Under the pieces are notes generated by a model that worked only from the letters and a program-made list of their open reading frames with translations, made no database searches and was not told the origin of the DNA. Positions 1 to 12,429 of a stretch of 64,000 nucleotides of DNA are shown piece by piece; within the stretch, counting starts at the first letter, position 1; each line of letters opens with the position of its first letter. The position numbers and the translations under genes were made by a program. Where the stretch lies: assembly GCF_030144855.1 (NCBI RefSeq), contig NC_082722.1, forward strand, positions 20,150,001-20,214,000, written 5' to 3'. This DNA is from Hypanus sabinus (Eukaryota).

Positions 1-383
1 AAATAAGTAATTCTTTGCATTCAATGCACCTTAGAGATAATAATAAGGTAAAGTCCAAAGGTATCACAAACATTGGACATCATGTTTAACTGGGAGACAG
101 CTGATGAACAGGGCTGGATGAGCAGCAGTGGGAAAAAGTTTGGGGAAGTACGATACGATAAATAGAATTAACACTATTATGCGCCTTAAAGGTGCTACGT
201 AAAATTTGATTAATTCTTCTGTTCTTTATAATTCTGAACATAGAACATCTGGACTGGGTGTATTAAAACCGGGGAAACAAACGTACTCTTGCCGTTTGTT
301 TTATCAAGTAGAAACACTTTATTCTCCTCACTAAGTCTTATGTGAAATGCACAGAGCTGAAAATCTCCAAACAGCACACTCAC

Positions 384-692
384 CGAACACAGATAGCCTG
401 GTACCATTTCCACTCCCGTGAGATTTTTTTTGATAATTTGCTACACAGTAATACATTCCGGAGTCGGCGATTGCGACATTCCAGAGCACAAGTGCTCCCC
501 TTCCCTTATCTAGAGTAAATTGTCTTCTGCTGTCCCTTTCTAAAAATGACTTCTCTCCTTTTCTCCACCAAGAAACGTCAACAGTATCTTCTGATAGTGG
601 GAATTGGCAGAACATGGTAACATTCGCACCTAGTGGGGTGTCCAGCTCCGGAGGTAACTGAAATACTTTGCTCGCAGTTACTTTGACGGCTG
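384..692 (-). CDS. V-set Ig domain exon with germline-joined J-like G strand (NKp30/NCR3-, XMIV- or VJC1-like receptor)
   Basis: 309-nt phase 1/1 exon with acceptor TTTCCAG and donor GTGAGT. Encodes AVKVTASKVFQLPPELDTPLGANVTMFC...VSWW...LWNVAIADSGMYYC...GSGNGTRLSVF, with canonical C, W, DxGxYxC and GxGTxLxV motifs. Exact orthology cannot be determined by eye. Confidence 0.9.
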
Positions 693-872
693 CTGGAAAC
701 ATAAGCAAGAGTATTAATAACTGCCAGAAAAGGAAATTTAAAAAAAAAAAAAACGAAAGACGTAAGTCACTGGACATCTAAGACGTGTAAGCAAATAAGC
801 TGCTGACGCCCAGGGTTAAATAATCTGAAATACAATATTCAGTTCGGAAGCGGCAGGAATAAATCAGCATAC

Positions 873-927
873 TTAGCCAAGAAATAGCCAGAAGTGCCAC
901 GTACGAAACCATGAATTTCTCCGACAT
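873..927 (-). CDS. Signal-peptide (leader) exon of a V-type Ig superfamily receptor
   Basis: ATG at 927 reads MSEKFMVSYVALLAISWL plus 1 nt (55 nt), followed by donor GTATGC. Hydrophobic core, phase 1. Splices in frame over a 180-nt intron to the V exon at 692. Confidence 0.85.
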
Positions 928-984
928 CTTGCAAAATCCTAATCTACCAACTCCTGCAATACAAGTGGTATTTTAAAGAACTTG

Positions 985-1050
985 GCAGAGGAAACGGTCT
1001 TCGTGAGTAAATATCTTAATCATGTAAACATGACGTAGGATGACGCCACC
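985..1050 (-). promoter_or_regulatory. Putative proximal promoter of the V-receptor gene
   Basis: GAGGAA (ETS/PU.1-type) at 988-993 and CRE half-sites TGACG at 1031 and 1041, 60-120 nt upstream of the leader ATG. Motif match only. Confidence 0.3.
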
Positions 1051-1789
1051 GCAAGGCAGAATAATGTTGTTCAGATTTAAAATCTGCCTGGGCTGGAATG
1101 TAAATAAGAACTCTTACAGTTCTAACTTTCTTCATGACCTACCTAGTACTTTCGTGATAATAATGGAAATCTTGTCCTCTTGCTGAATTCAGGAATTATC
1201 CAGATATTTATTGAGATACAGATTCAAATCTGTGCTCTATGCATTTTGATGGTAAAGTTGGAAATCGGCTTAGGAGTTGAAAGATGCCTAATAGGCGGAC
1301 AAAATAAGAACAACATTTTTTCCTTTCAATTTACATTTGCAGTTTTGCCCCATTTCAGTCCTATAACTTCAGTGTAATAACACCTTGCTGGTTTCTCTAG
1401 TAAAGCAGTTTGCGCTATTACGGCCAAACAGTTTCAAGCCGCGACTGGTAGGGACGGAGTTTCATAAATGAAAAGTTCGTTTCTCTTGATAATTGTCTCT
1501 AAGGTATGGTTATAACAGTTCGATTAATGAACTACTGCTTAATGTCTGAATTACAAACCAAAAAGGAAATGACGAACGAGACTGATATGAACCGTAAGTA
1601 CATTCCCTCTGAAGTCATCATTCACATGTCTTCAGTACAATGTATGATTTCGGATTCTGAGAATTGATGCCTATTTCTTCAGCAATTTTCATGTAATTTA
1701 AATGGTGAAGTTACATGAAACAAAAGGATATAATGTGAAAACTTCACGAATTAATTCCATAGACAGATTTCAGGCTATTTTTTTTTCAA

Positions 1790-2120
1790 AGTCGGCACCA
1801 TTATACTCAGGCAACACACACAAAATGCTGGTGGAACACAGCAGGCCAGGCAGCATCTACAGGAAGATGTACAGTCGATGTTTCGGGCCAAGTTCGTCAG
1901 GACTAACTGAAAGAAGAGATATTAAAAGATTCGGAAGTTGGAGAGGGAGGAGGAGCTCCGAAAAGATAGGTGTAGACAGGAGTCGGCGGGTCTAAGCTAA
2001 GAGCTGGAAAGTTGATTGGCAAAAGGGATACACAGCTGGAGAGGGAGAGGATCACGCTCCTGACGACGTTTTGCTTGAATTTCCAGCATCTGCAGATTTC
2101 CTCGTGTTTCCACCCATAAT
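1790..2120. mobile_element. Short non-autonomous Penelope-derived repeat with termini in opposite orientation
   Basis: Contains AAAATGCTGG..CAGCAGG..AGGCAGCATCT and TTCCAGCATCTGCAGA segments shared with the termini of the Penelope-like element at 9110-10920. Related copies lie near 7790, 20400, 21950, 33490, 51480, 52960 and 61000. Confidence 0.7.
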
Positions 2121-5100
2121 ACTCAGTTTCCGTACTCGCTGCTGTGACCAGCTCTCACAAAGAAATCAGCGAAAAGCTGCAGCATATGCTCTCTGTGATA
2201 GAAATAGATTCAGTCTATAGACGTTGATCACATGAGCAGCGAGCTTAGAGTTGAAACAGCAAGTTATTCCGTTTAATGATGACAGAGGTTCAAGAGGTAC
2301 TGCGATAAAATTTATAAAGAGCGCATCGAGGAAGCCTCATATGATTGATTGCAGTTCGGAGGCTCCATTTTAAATCCAATAAGCACGAGCAGTTGCTTTG
2401 CGGGCTGCTCTTTCAAATATTACTTACATTTCCACAAAGTAAATGACAGACAATGGGATAACCAGTCGTGCAAAAAAATCTTTAATCTGATACAGAAAAA
2501 AAAGATTAGCACGCACCCATGTGTCTCACCTGGCAGGGCATAAATTGTTGTCCATTTATAAAACGACAACACTCAATATTCAAACCAATTTTGGTTGGCG
2601 ATAAAACAATACTGAGCTTCCATGTGCTACCTACGAACGAAGTTAAGATTCTGCTTACCATGTCAAACGCCTGATTACTTTGAGCAGATATGTTTCCGAA
2701 TTTCCACGGAGCGATTGATAAGTTATGCTGTTTTGATCGGAGCTTTGTCACCATTATTAAATTGTATCTCCTGTCCTCTCAGACCTGAAATTATGTAGCT
2801 GCTTGGGACCTAAAGCTGTTCATATGTAACACATGTTTTGTCTTTTGGATCCACCGGATGTAATTGAGGTCTATTTGTTGAGGAGTTTAGCCGGGAGAGG
2901 ATATGGAAATTATTTTATTGTGGAACGGGAGCCTATTCTAATGAGAGACGTCTTAGTTTTACGTTACAGGCAATTTGTGATGCCGAATATAAATATCTGT
3001 CTGCAACAGAAAAAACTATTTCCAGAAGGTTAGTTTTCTGTCGAGATTTCTGCCTGGATCTTCAGATAGTCGTTTTTCTCAACACATAAGTCCTAAAGAT
3101 GAGAGTGCTGTGATTAGTTCCCCATGAACCACACACTGTGCTCCATTAGTCCATACTTCATGGTGTGTAAAAATGGACCAGTAATCTGGACTGATTACTA
3201 AGCATTTAAAACAGGTTGGCTGATAAAAAATAATCTAGTTTGAGCACAGTTGGGATTGTCGTGGTAGCATTTAGGTAACAATTGAATAAGCCTACCGATA
3301 CATTTTAAGTTTTAAATGCTGTAGAGATAAATTCTACATCTCCGTATTTTCAACAGCATACCTTTGTTCAGCGTTAACTGGGGCAGAAAAGCACCATAAA
3401 GTATAAGACACTTTAGAAACAAAGAAAACTTACAGCACAATGCACGCCCTTCTGCCCACAAAACTGTGCCGAACATGTCCTTACCTTAGAAATTACCTAG
3501 GGTTACCCAATTACCTAGGGAAACCTTACTTTCCCGCGGGATCAATAAAGTATTTCTATCTGTCTGTCTGACTGTCCATATCACTATATTTTTCTAAGCA
3601 CCATGCACCTATCTACGAGTGTCTTAAAAAAACCATATTGTATCTGTCTCCACCACCGTCGGCGGCAGCCAATTCGAAGCTCTCACCACTCTCTGTGTAA
3701 AAATACTTAGCTCTGATATCTCCACTGTAGCTACTTCCAAATACCGTAAAACCGTGCCCTCTCGTGCGAGCCATGTCCGCCTTGGCAGAGAGCCTTCCTT
3801 TCTTTTTTAAGCATTTAATTTATTGTTTAATTATTTCAAATGCTTGAATACATGACAATGTCAGAAAAAGGTCAAAATGTTTTTAACTGTCAAGCAGAGC
3901 TCTGGTTAAGCCATACGATTCACTGTAATTCTAGATTTCTAATTTATGAGAGATAATCCTTTATAATATCGCGCCTTTAAATGCTTCTGCCTTCATTACA
4001 AATATATTCCGGAATGTTTTCAGCAAAGTTTTTTTAGGATAAACGTTTCAACTGAATGCTCGTTATTCTTTAATAGATAATAAGCAATGAATTGGAATTA
4101 GTTGACTGCAAAATTCAACCTACTGTTTGCAACTACTGAGTGGAAGACAGAGGAAAAACTGAGCAAGCCACATTGCGTCTGCCGAGAGAACTACTGTGAA
4201 CACTTCAAGTTGATAAACTTACACTAGGTCATGAAGAGAAATTATTTGTTTTTCCTCCCTTCAAAGAAGGGTCCAGATGTTTTCTGCTTAATTTCGGATT
4301 GCAAAAATCTGCAATGCTGATTTTGAATTATTTACCCTGCTTTCTAATTAATGATCTAACGATATTAGCCGAATGCAAAGCGGCAGGACTTGAAAGCATT
4401 AGATAAAAAGGCAACGCTCGACATTTCAACTTCATGTAATGTTGTCTACCTGTTCCTTGTTCCCTTAACACTATTTTTAACATAACAATGGACAAGTACA
4501 GCACAGAAATGTGACTTTCGGCCAAGTTGTCTGTCGCGAACACGATGCCAAATTAAAGTGAATATCTACTAGTTGCGCCCGCTCATTTAATTAATCAGAA
4601 AAGAGAACATTTTCCCCTTGACATCGGTTTAGAATGTCTTTTAATCGGCAAAGTAACTGGTTTCCATTCAGTGCTCTCAAAGAACGACTCACACATAAAT
4701 ATCAGCTATTTAGCTGTTTTTAGAAATTATTTCGTATATTTATTTCCAGAATGAACATGGCACAGAAACAGGAAATACAGACTTTGCAGCATAACTTTAA
4801 AAGCATACAGTTGACAGAAGCAAGATATCCTATTGTTAAGCGTAATTGTGATAACGCGAGCTGTCTGCTACATACAGGTTTCGGAGAGATGAAGTCTTTG
4901 TCCACAGATTTTCCATGATGTCAACAGCAGTCTCGCGAGAGCAATTCTATTCTCAGGTACCGTACTCGTTCCGATAAATACATAGTACATATTCTTTCTT
5001 GGTAAACTGACAGGTGCATTAAAATTCTATTCCTAACATCTTTTTTTATAGAAAACTTGAAGAAGTTCAGATGCAAATATTTGTATTAGTGAATTATAGA

Positions 5101-5806
5101 CGGGAAGTGAATATATGTATATATATATTTTTTTTTCTGTCTTGAGAGGATATGAAACTGCATCGGACGTGAGCAAGAGCAGCGGGCCTTTCAAATGGGC
5201 AGATAATGTAGGAAATGAAAACACAAGAATGTACTCACTTCTTTCGATGTTAATTTAATTGCTTGGATTCATAATTTATGAATGTGGGTTTAGAAGTCCA
5301 GAAATACAATTCTGAGAAAAGAAGGAAAATTGAAGTATTAATTCTCTTGATCTGCCTGTACACGCTTACATGATTTGCTAGATATTCGGGGCATTCCATA
5401 TTTAATAGTACAGCAAGGTAGACAATTAGTCTTTTTTGTTATCTATTCTATTAGGATACTTAGTATTCCTTCAATATGGAATTTTATTGCGTATCTTATT
5501 CTACCATAATCCATAAGCGTCCTGATCCCCCACAGGTGTAAATGATCCGCTAGATGAGTATGCCATTTGGAACAACTTTCAACTACTGAGGCAGCTGACG
5601 TGAAAGGAGGGTTGTTGAGTTCAAGCTAGGTACAGATTCTGGAAGTTGATAAGCAGAACGGCAAAGGCTAGATTTTTGGTATCTAACAAATAAAGGAGAG
5701 AGAAAATGGGGACCATTAGAGGAGATGTGAAGGGCAGATGGAGTAGAGCAAGATACGGGAAGGGGAAGGCGTTGAGTGAAATGTACTTCTCGGGCACGGA
5801 TGGAAC

Positions 5807-7486
5807 CACTGGGTAGCAAAGTTTTTCGAATGTGTTGCTTCTTGAGGTGTGGATGAGATAAGCTGCTAGATCCTGAATAGAAGGGTCATTTCACATTACT
5901 TGTATAAGGTAAAAAATAGGAGAAACGGGGCAAAAACACTTTAATTGTTTTTGTTTTAAAATCATTTTAATTGTATAATGGTAATGACACCTGGCAATAA
6001 TGCAACTAAGCTAAAATATTTTGTGAAGATTTCCTTTTGTATTCAATGCCTGAGGCTTCTTCCATAAGTGTCCAACAATAATCTACCAGCATTGATGGAT
6101 TCCAGCTGCTTTGATACTGTTTTTTCATATCCGCAATCTCCTTGTGAATCCATTCATCATGCTCGTTACGAGCGGCACCAAAATCTGCATAGAAGAAGTC
6201 TAAATGGGAATGCAGAGAATGATGTTTTCCTGACGTTCTGTACTTTATGGTTTTGTATCCTTGAAGTATGTTGTCAAGCAGCTGCAGGTAGTTTGATGCT
6301 CTGTAACTGCTAATAAAATGTTCAATGACGTCCTTGAATGTCTTCCACGGGATTTTCTCCGGGCCCACTCAACGTACTTCGAATGGACTGACATTGATGA
6401 CTTCTTTGATATGCAGACCAACAGAAAATGTCTTCCTTAACTTTGGAATAAGTTATTCTGGGAAACATCTCACTCGAATATCGAAAACACCCACGGAAAT
6501 TCTTGTACCTGGAGACAGCAGATTTCATCCTTGTAGTTTTGAACCCAGTAATTCTGCTTTTGCCTTTGAGAAACCCAAGTGTCTGACCAAGTCATTTAAC
6601 TCAGATTGAGTATCACAAGAGGCTCTTTCGACATACAGAGGTCAATATCTGTATCGGTATCAGTGTCGTTTTTCCATTCCTGCCTCTTACACATTATCAT
6701 CTTCCTCTGCCTTCTCTAGACTCTGTGGCTCTGGTAGCCTCAGTACTGCAAGAGTATAATCATGTGGTACATGTCTCGATGCTGAAAGGAGATTGCAGTG
6801 TTCTATCGACTTCCTGTTTATAACCGAGAAACCAGACACACTGGTCAGATGGAATTAATTCTCACCATATCATCTGCACCACGAAAGCTGCTGTCTTCCG
6901 ACTACATTTGAGCCAAACTCTCAGATCGATAACGCCTGCTGAGCAACAAATATTGAGTTTGTCGCCAATCTTACACTGAAATTAGAATTCATCGGCTTAC
7001 TTAATAAGAAGACTCACACTCCGAGGTTGAGATTTAAGCTTATACTCGCCACAAGTATAACAGAAAGCATCCAAGTTAATGCAACATTGGCGATACCTCT
7101 TACGTTCACAAATAATGCTAAAAATAAAACAACTTGATTATAATGAATGCACACAATATCCTCTGCCCGACGAGCATGCGCATGAACATGATCACTGACC
7201 GATGTACACCTAAGCGCAACGCCTAGAAAGGTTTTGCATGATTCTTTAATAATCTTTCTAAAACCCGTCCTGCCTAATGTCCCGACAAGAAAAAAACTTT
7301 TCGGCCTGCATCGTGGGCAACCATTTAAATGACTTGAATTATGAATTGAAATTTCAAAAATAGGCGATTTTTTTAATAAAATGGTACGTGATAAGGAAAC
7401 TTCACGGTGACTTTCATGATCAGTAGCGCATATTCCATAAGACAAACTGAGAAGTATTCAAGATGCTAAATCTTTGTTGTCCAGTG
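5807..7486 (-). mobile_element. Internally deleted Chapaev3-like (CMC group) DNA transposon
   Basis: Imperfect TIRs CACTGGGTAGCAAAGTTTTT (5807) and CACTGGACAACAAAGATTTA (reverse complement, ending 7486), 15/20 identical. Decayed transposase includes HSHLDFF..E...H.EI..MKKQYQSSWNPSMLVDYCWTL (6006-6368) and a Cys-rich CC..IDLRVW segment near 6800-6960. Family assignment is from memory of such transposases. Confidence 0.75.
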
Positions 7487-8479
7487 AATTCGGAGGGGAA
7501 GTGGCGAACAGATGAGACACAGTATACTAGGGTTTACCTACACCGGCGAACTTGGTATCGATGATCTTGTGTTGTGGATTATGAAAGCTGAATATGAAGC
7601 CACAGACATGCCACAGTACGTTAACCTTTGTTGCTCAGGACTTGGTACATGTCGATAAATCCGTGCTGCAGCAAGGCAAAATGACTCGGTTTTAGATACG
7701 ATTGCGAACCATTTGATCTTTTTCAATGGTATGTTTTTCTTAGAGAAAGTACAGTGTAACTCTCTAAATTGGGTCAAGCAGCATTTATGTAGAGAAGTGA
7801 ACAGTCGAAGGTTCGTGTCCAGACTCTTCATCAGAACTGGAAGGAAGCAAAGAAGGAGGAGAGATAACCAGCATTTAAAGCTCAAGAAAAAAATGGAGTA
7901 AGAGTGGAAAACTAATAGGTGGATCCAGGTGAGGAAGTGATTAGCATCACTCTCCTAAATTATTATGATCTTAACTATGCATACTCACGAACTAAATTCA
8001 TCAGACTGGATTTTTCACTCACGATCGTGGCTGATCCAATTAAAAAAAACTCAGATTCTGCTTTTCTTTTCGTCTGCAACTAACATCGCTATAAATCAAC
8101 TTTACTTTGTCGCTATTCGGGTGGTTTCTAAAATTCTCCAGTAAACTACTGATATGATTTACGCCATGTAATCAAAATGCTAGAACAGTAAAGAAAGTCA
8201 TACTTGAAATCTCGTTCTGGCAGCGTGCGAGATGCGTTCAACTTAAGAATTAACGAACCGTATGAATAATGCTGCCCACAACTGAGGTACAGAACTGACG
8301 AACACTGGAATAGATCCAGCAGATCATCGCTGCCATCCATGATTTAAAATGAGAAAGCTATATTCCCGCTAATTCTCGTTTTGCCTAACCGAGAATTTCA
8401 TCTGCTTGAGTGGTAACAGTTTTTTTTAATTATTGGCCTACTAAGTCGGCTAGTGCTTAAACAGGACTTTGACGAAATA

Positions 8480-9100
8480 TAGGAAGCAAACAGAGCGATG
8501 GCTTCTGGATCCACGGGATCAGCCGAACTAGTGATTCGGAAAAGGTAAAAGGTGGAGGGATCTATTTCACGATAAACGGTGCTTCTCTGATGTGGCAGTT
8601 TACTCGTGATCTTGTTTGTCGAAACTTGAACAGCTAACGATCAAACGCCGGCCGTTTTATTTACCAGGAGAGGTCCCTTCATGATCTTGACCGCAGATTA
8701 CATACAACCATCGTCCGACTGAGATACTGCATGATGCCATCTCCAAATAGGTAACAGTCGATCTCGACGCCTTTCAAATCATAGTCGGGGAATTCAATAA
8801 GGCTTGTTTGAAGAAATGTCCGCCCAATTACCTTCAGCATATGACCTGCAGCACCAGAACACGAGACACACTAGATCACTGCTACTGTATAAAAAGATAA
8901 GAAATGCCTACACTTCCAAGCCCAAAAGCCACATTTGACCACTTGGCTGTACTGCATACCTGCATAGCGGCAAAAGTAAAGGAGCAAGGTCCAGAGATGA
9001 GAACAACAAAAAGGTGGTCGCGGGAGGCAGAGGAAAGGCCATGGGATTGCTTCGTGTCGGTGGACTGGGCTGTTTTCTAGGTCTCGTCTACGAAACGGAA
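8480..9100 (+). mobile_element. Rex1/Babar-type LINE endonuclease fragment (5' part of an element interrupted by the Penelope insertion)
   Basis: Decayed frames resembling GK.KGGG.CF..N, KCRPFYLP.E, GDFN and TLDHCY motifs. Confidence 0.7.
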
Positions 9101-9109
9101 GTGCATCAC

Positions 9110-10920
9110 GGTAAGTGCAATCCAACCAGAAAATCTGCAGCCATACACACAATATGCTGGAGTTGCTCAGCAGGCCTGGCACCGTTATGTAACAGAATAT
9201 TCAGTTGATGTCTTGGGCCGGGATCCTTCATCAGAAATGGAAAGAAAGGGGAGGAAGTCAGAATAAGAGAGAGGGGAGAAACCATGTTTCAGACTCTTCG
9301 TAACTACGTCCGTGACTCTGCACACGCTCTGGATCTCCTCAATGAATTTAAGTACCCTGGCCCAGATCGCTTCATTTTCACTATGCATGTCCAGCCTCTG
9401 CACACTTCTATTAACCCCCAGGATGGTCTTAACGTCTCCTTGGACAGCAGACCCAACTAGTTGCACTGTCATCTGTCTGGCAGATCTGAACTCATCTTCA
9501 ACAGTTTCTCTTTGGGATCCGCTGGCTTCCTTCAAAACCAAGGTGCAGTTATGGGCAATCGCATGAGTCCTAGCAATCCCTGATCTTTCGCAGGCCATGT
9601 GGAACAGACAATGTCCCAATATTACACCAGCATGGCTGTCGAACTCCTTCAACATTGCATTGACGACTGCATTGGTGCTGCTACCTGCACCCATACAAAC
9701 CTCGTCAATTTTATCAACGTTGCCTCCAACGTCTATCCTGGCCTCAAATTGTTCAATTTCTGAAATATTTCTCCCTTTTCTCGATATCTGTCTCAATTGC
9801 TGAATACAGTCTAACTACGGATATATATTATAAACACATTGACTAACACAGCTAACTGGACTACACCTCTTCCCACACTGTCACTTTTGAAAATGCATCT
9901 GCACTCATGATGAGACTTTCCATTCCAGTACTATTGAGATGTACTCCTTCACGGAAAGGAAATTTCTTTCTTCTACCATCAACACTGCCCTCACCACAAT
10001 CTCTTCCATTTCGCAGCATCGTTCCACTGTCACACAGGGATAGGATTCCTCTTGCTCTCAGGTACCACCTCACTGTCTCCGCATCCAGCATATCATTCTA
10101 TGTAACTGCCACCATTTCCTACATGATCCTACCACCATGCATAACTTTCTCTACCCCCCCCCCACTATCCCCTCTCCACAGAGCGTCCCTATGCAAATCC
10201 TTTGTCCACTCGCCCCACCCAACAGACCACTCTCTGGGCACTTAGTCTTTCAAGCAGAACAAGTGCCATACTTGCCCATACACTTCCTCCCTTACGACCA
10301 CTCAGGGCCCCAAACAGTGAGACGACACTGCAACAGCGATTCAATTGGGGTTACCTATTGTAGCCGCAGTTCCCGACGTGGTATCCTGTTTTTCGGTGAG
10401 ACCCGACGTAGACTGGGAGTACGCTTCATCGAGCACCTTCTTTCTGTCTGCCAGCAAAAGTAGGATTTCTTTGTGGCCACTCATTTCAATTCTACTTCCC
10501 ATTCCAATTCCGGCATATCAGACCATGGCCTCGTCTACGGCCACGATCAGGGCACTCTCGGGATGGAACCACAACACCTTATATTTTACACAACCTGATG
10601 TGATCAGCTTCTCGTGTTTCCTCCCCTTTCTTCACCCACATCACATCCCATTCTAGTTTCTGTCTCTCACTTTTCCTGTCCATCCCCTCCCTCTGGTGAT
10701 GCTCCTCCTTCCCTTTCTTCCGTCCTCTCCTATTAGGTGCCTCCTTCTCCAACTCTTCAGTTATTTCAACAATCAACATCCCAGCTCTTCACTTCTCCCC
10801 CTCCCTGTCTCCGGCTTCCACCTATTACATTGAACGTCGACTATTTACTTTTTTTCATCGATGCTGCCTGCCCTGCTGAGTTCCTCCAGCATTTTGTGGG
10901 TGTTGCTTTGAAATCCAGCA
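9110..10920 (+). mobile_element. Penelope-like element (RT and GIY-YIG remnants) with inverted terminal pseudo-LTR segments, nested in a Rex1/Babar LINE
   Basis: Decayed RT motifs (QTKG.AMG.RM, IDDCIG, PFLD, YLDYTSSH) and GIY-YIG-like GVTYC.RSSRRGILFFGETRRRLG.RF.EHL (ORF 10137-10463). Terminal repeat segments at 9110-9270 (minus) and 10830-10920 (plus). Confidence 0.85.
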
Positions 10921-10939
10921 ACAAAGGTAACAATACTGC

Positions 10940-12300
10940 TTCACGATCAGAAGAGCTAAATGTCTTCTATGCTTGCCGTGATAGCAAAAACATGAAGGAA
11001 CCATCACCAACTCCCACTAGACCCCGAGGATTCTGTGATTTCGATCTCTAAGTCGAATTGACAGCTCCCTTTAGGACAGTAAACATCACGGAAATTATCC
11101 GGCCCAGATGGGATACTTGCTGAGGACTAAAGAACTGTGCTGATCGATCTAAGGTTCTCTTTGGCTTCAAGAAGTCTGCGATTATACTGCTGCTTAAGAA
11201 GAACGTAGTAACCTGCTAACTTCCTGGAGCATTTCGATCCAGAGTGAGAAAGTGTTTTGTGAGGTTCGTCATGTAACATATACACTGCTGCCAAATACTC
11301 GACAGAGATCCGTCTACTTTGCCTAACGTTATGACAGATTTACAGCAGGTGCTAATTCATTGGCTCTTCAATTACAATGGAATATCTGGATCCATCAGGA
11401 TGTTCTTTATCGACACATCTTGGAATGCAATACTATCATCTCCTCAAAACTAATCAATAAACATTAAGAGATTAGGTTCAATGACCGATTAAGCAATTTA
11501 TTACGCCACGATTACCTCAGTTGAAGACCCCGGTCATTACAGACTGGCAGCAACATCTCCTCCACAAGTTCCATCAGCACAGCTGCTCCACAAGGCTGTA
11601 TAATCATCATCCTGCTCTGATCGATATACACTTATAACTGTGTGGCTAAGCACAGCTCAAAAGCATATTTAAGATTACTGAGGACACAAGTGTCGTGGGC
11701 CGAATCAACGGTGGATACCAATTCGTATGTAGCAGGTAGATTGAAAATCTGACAGCATGGTGCCAGACAGAACAATGAAAAAAAAAAACAAAAACAACAA
11801 AAAAAACTCATATTCAATGTCAGCAAAAGGATCGAGCTGATTATTCACTTCAGAAGGATGAAAGCGGAGTCCATGAGCCAGTCCCCATCAGGGGATCAGA
11901 GCTAGTGAGGGTTAGCCACCTTAAAGTACTCGGAGTTATCAGTTCCGAGGACCTTTCCTGGTTTCCATGGCAGCGCATTTGCCTCCTTCGGAGTTTGGGA
12001 AGAACTGGCGTAACATCTACAGCTTTGCCTAACTGTTGTAGATGTCCAGTGGAGTTTAGATTAAAACCCCTAAGCCCTAGAACGGAAATACCTTCAAAAT
12101 ATGAGGATACCGCTCAGCCCAACACAGATAAAGTTCTCCTCACCATTGAACACATTCACGTGCAGAGATATGGCATGCAGCAGTATTTATCATCACCGAC
12201 ACCCACAAACAAGGCCATGCTTTTTTCTCAATACAGTTCTCAGAAAAAAGGATAGACCAGACTCTAGACTTATACCACCGAGATCCGGAAAAGATATCCC
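10940..12300 (+). mobile_element. Rex1/Babar-type LINE RT and 3' fragment
   Basis: Resumes after the Penelope insertion (ELNVFYAC). Decayed RT motifs (GPDG, PQGC, WQHGARQNN-like), homologous to 48490-50340. Confidence 0.7.
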
Positions 12301-12429
12301 TCCTCAACAAACAGGCTCCTAATTCAGAGGGATTAACTGCGCCTATTTTCACATGTCCTAGCACTGAACTGTTCCAACAACCTTTTTACTCACTTTCAAG
12401 GACTTTTCGTTTCATGTTCTCCATTGTTA

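Noticed and set aside
444-450. Heptamer-like CACAGTA within the V exon as an RSS
   Set aside because: Imposed by Tyr-Cys-Val codons; no nonamer at 12 or 23 nt spacing.
693-777. N-terminus of ORF 331-777 (MSSDLRLSFFFFLNFLFWQLL...) as the signal peptide
   Set aside because: It is intronic polypyrimidine sequence; a proper leader exon lies at 873-927. The upstream AG at 721-722 would be out of frame.
2428-2621. Two exon-like blocks on the minus strand, one resembling CLN3 (IPLSVIYFVE)
   Set aside because: The intervening intron would be only about 45 nt, the exon boundary does not match remembered CLN3 structure, and no other CLN3 exons are visible.
7014-7445. 143-aa ORF
   Set aside because: Lies in the 5' subterminal region of the Chapaev-like element; no recognisable domain.
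7538-7885. ORF resembling a CC chemokine (signal peptide, CC, IPLKKIK)
   Set aside because: The apparent signal peptide and CC come from the Penelope-derived terminal repeat (7790-7860). TTG start, no exon structure, and the downstream cysteine pattern is wrong.
9185-9796. 203-aa minus-strand ORF
   Set aside because: Antisense shadow of the Penelope RT remnant.
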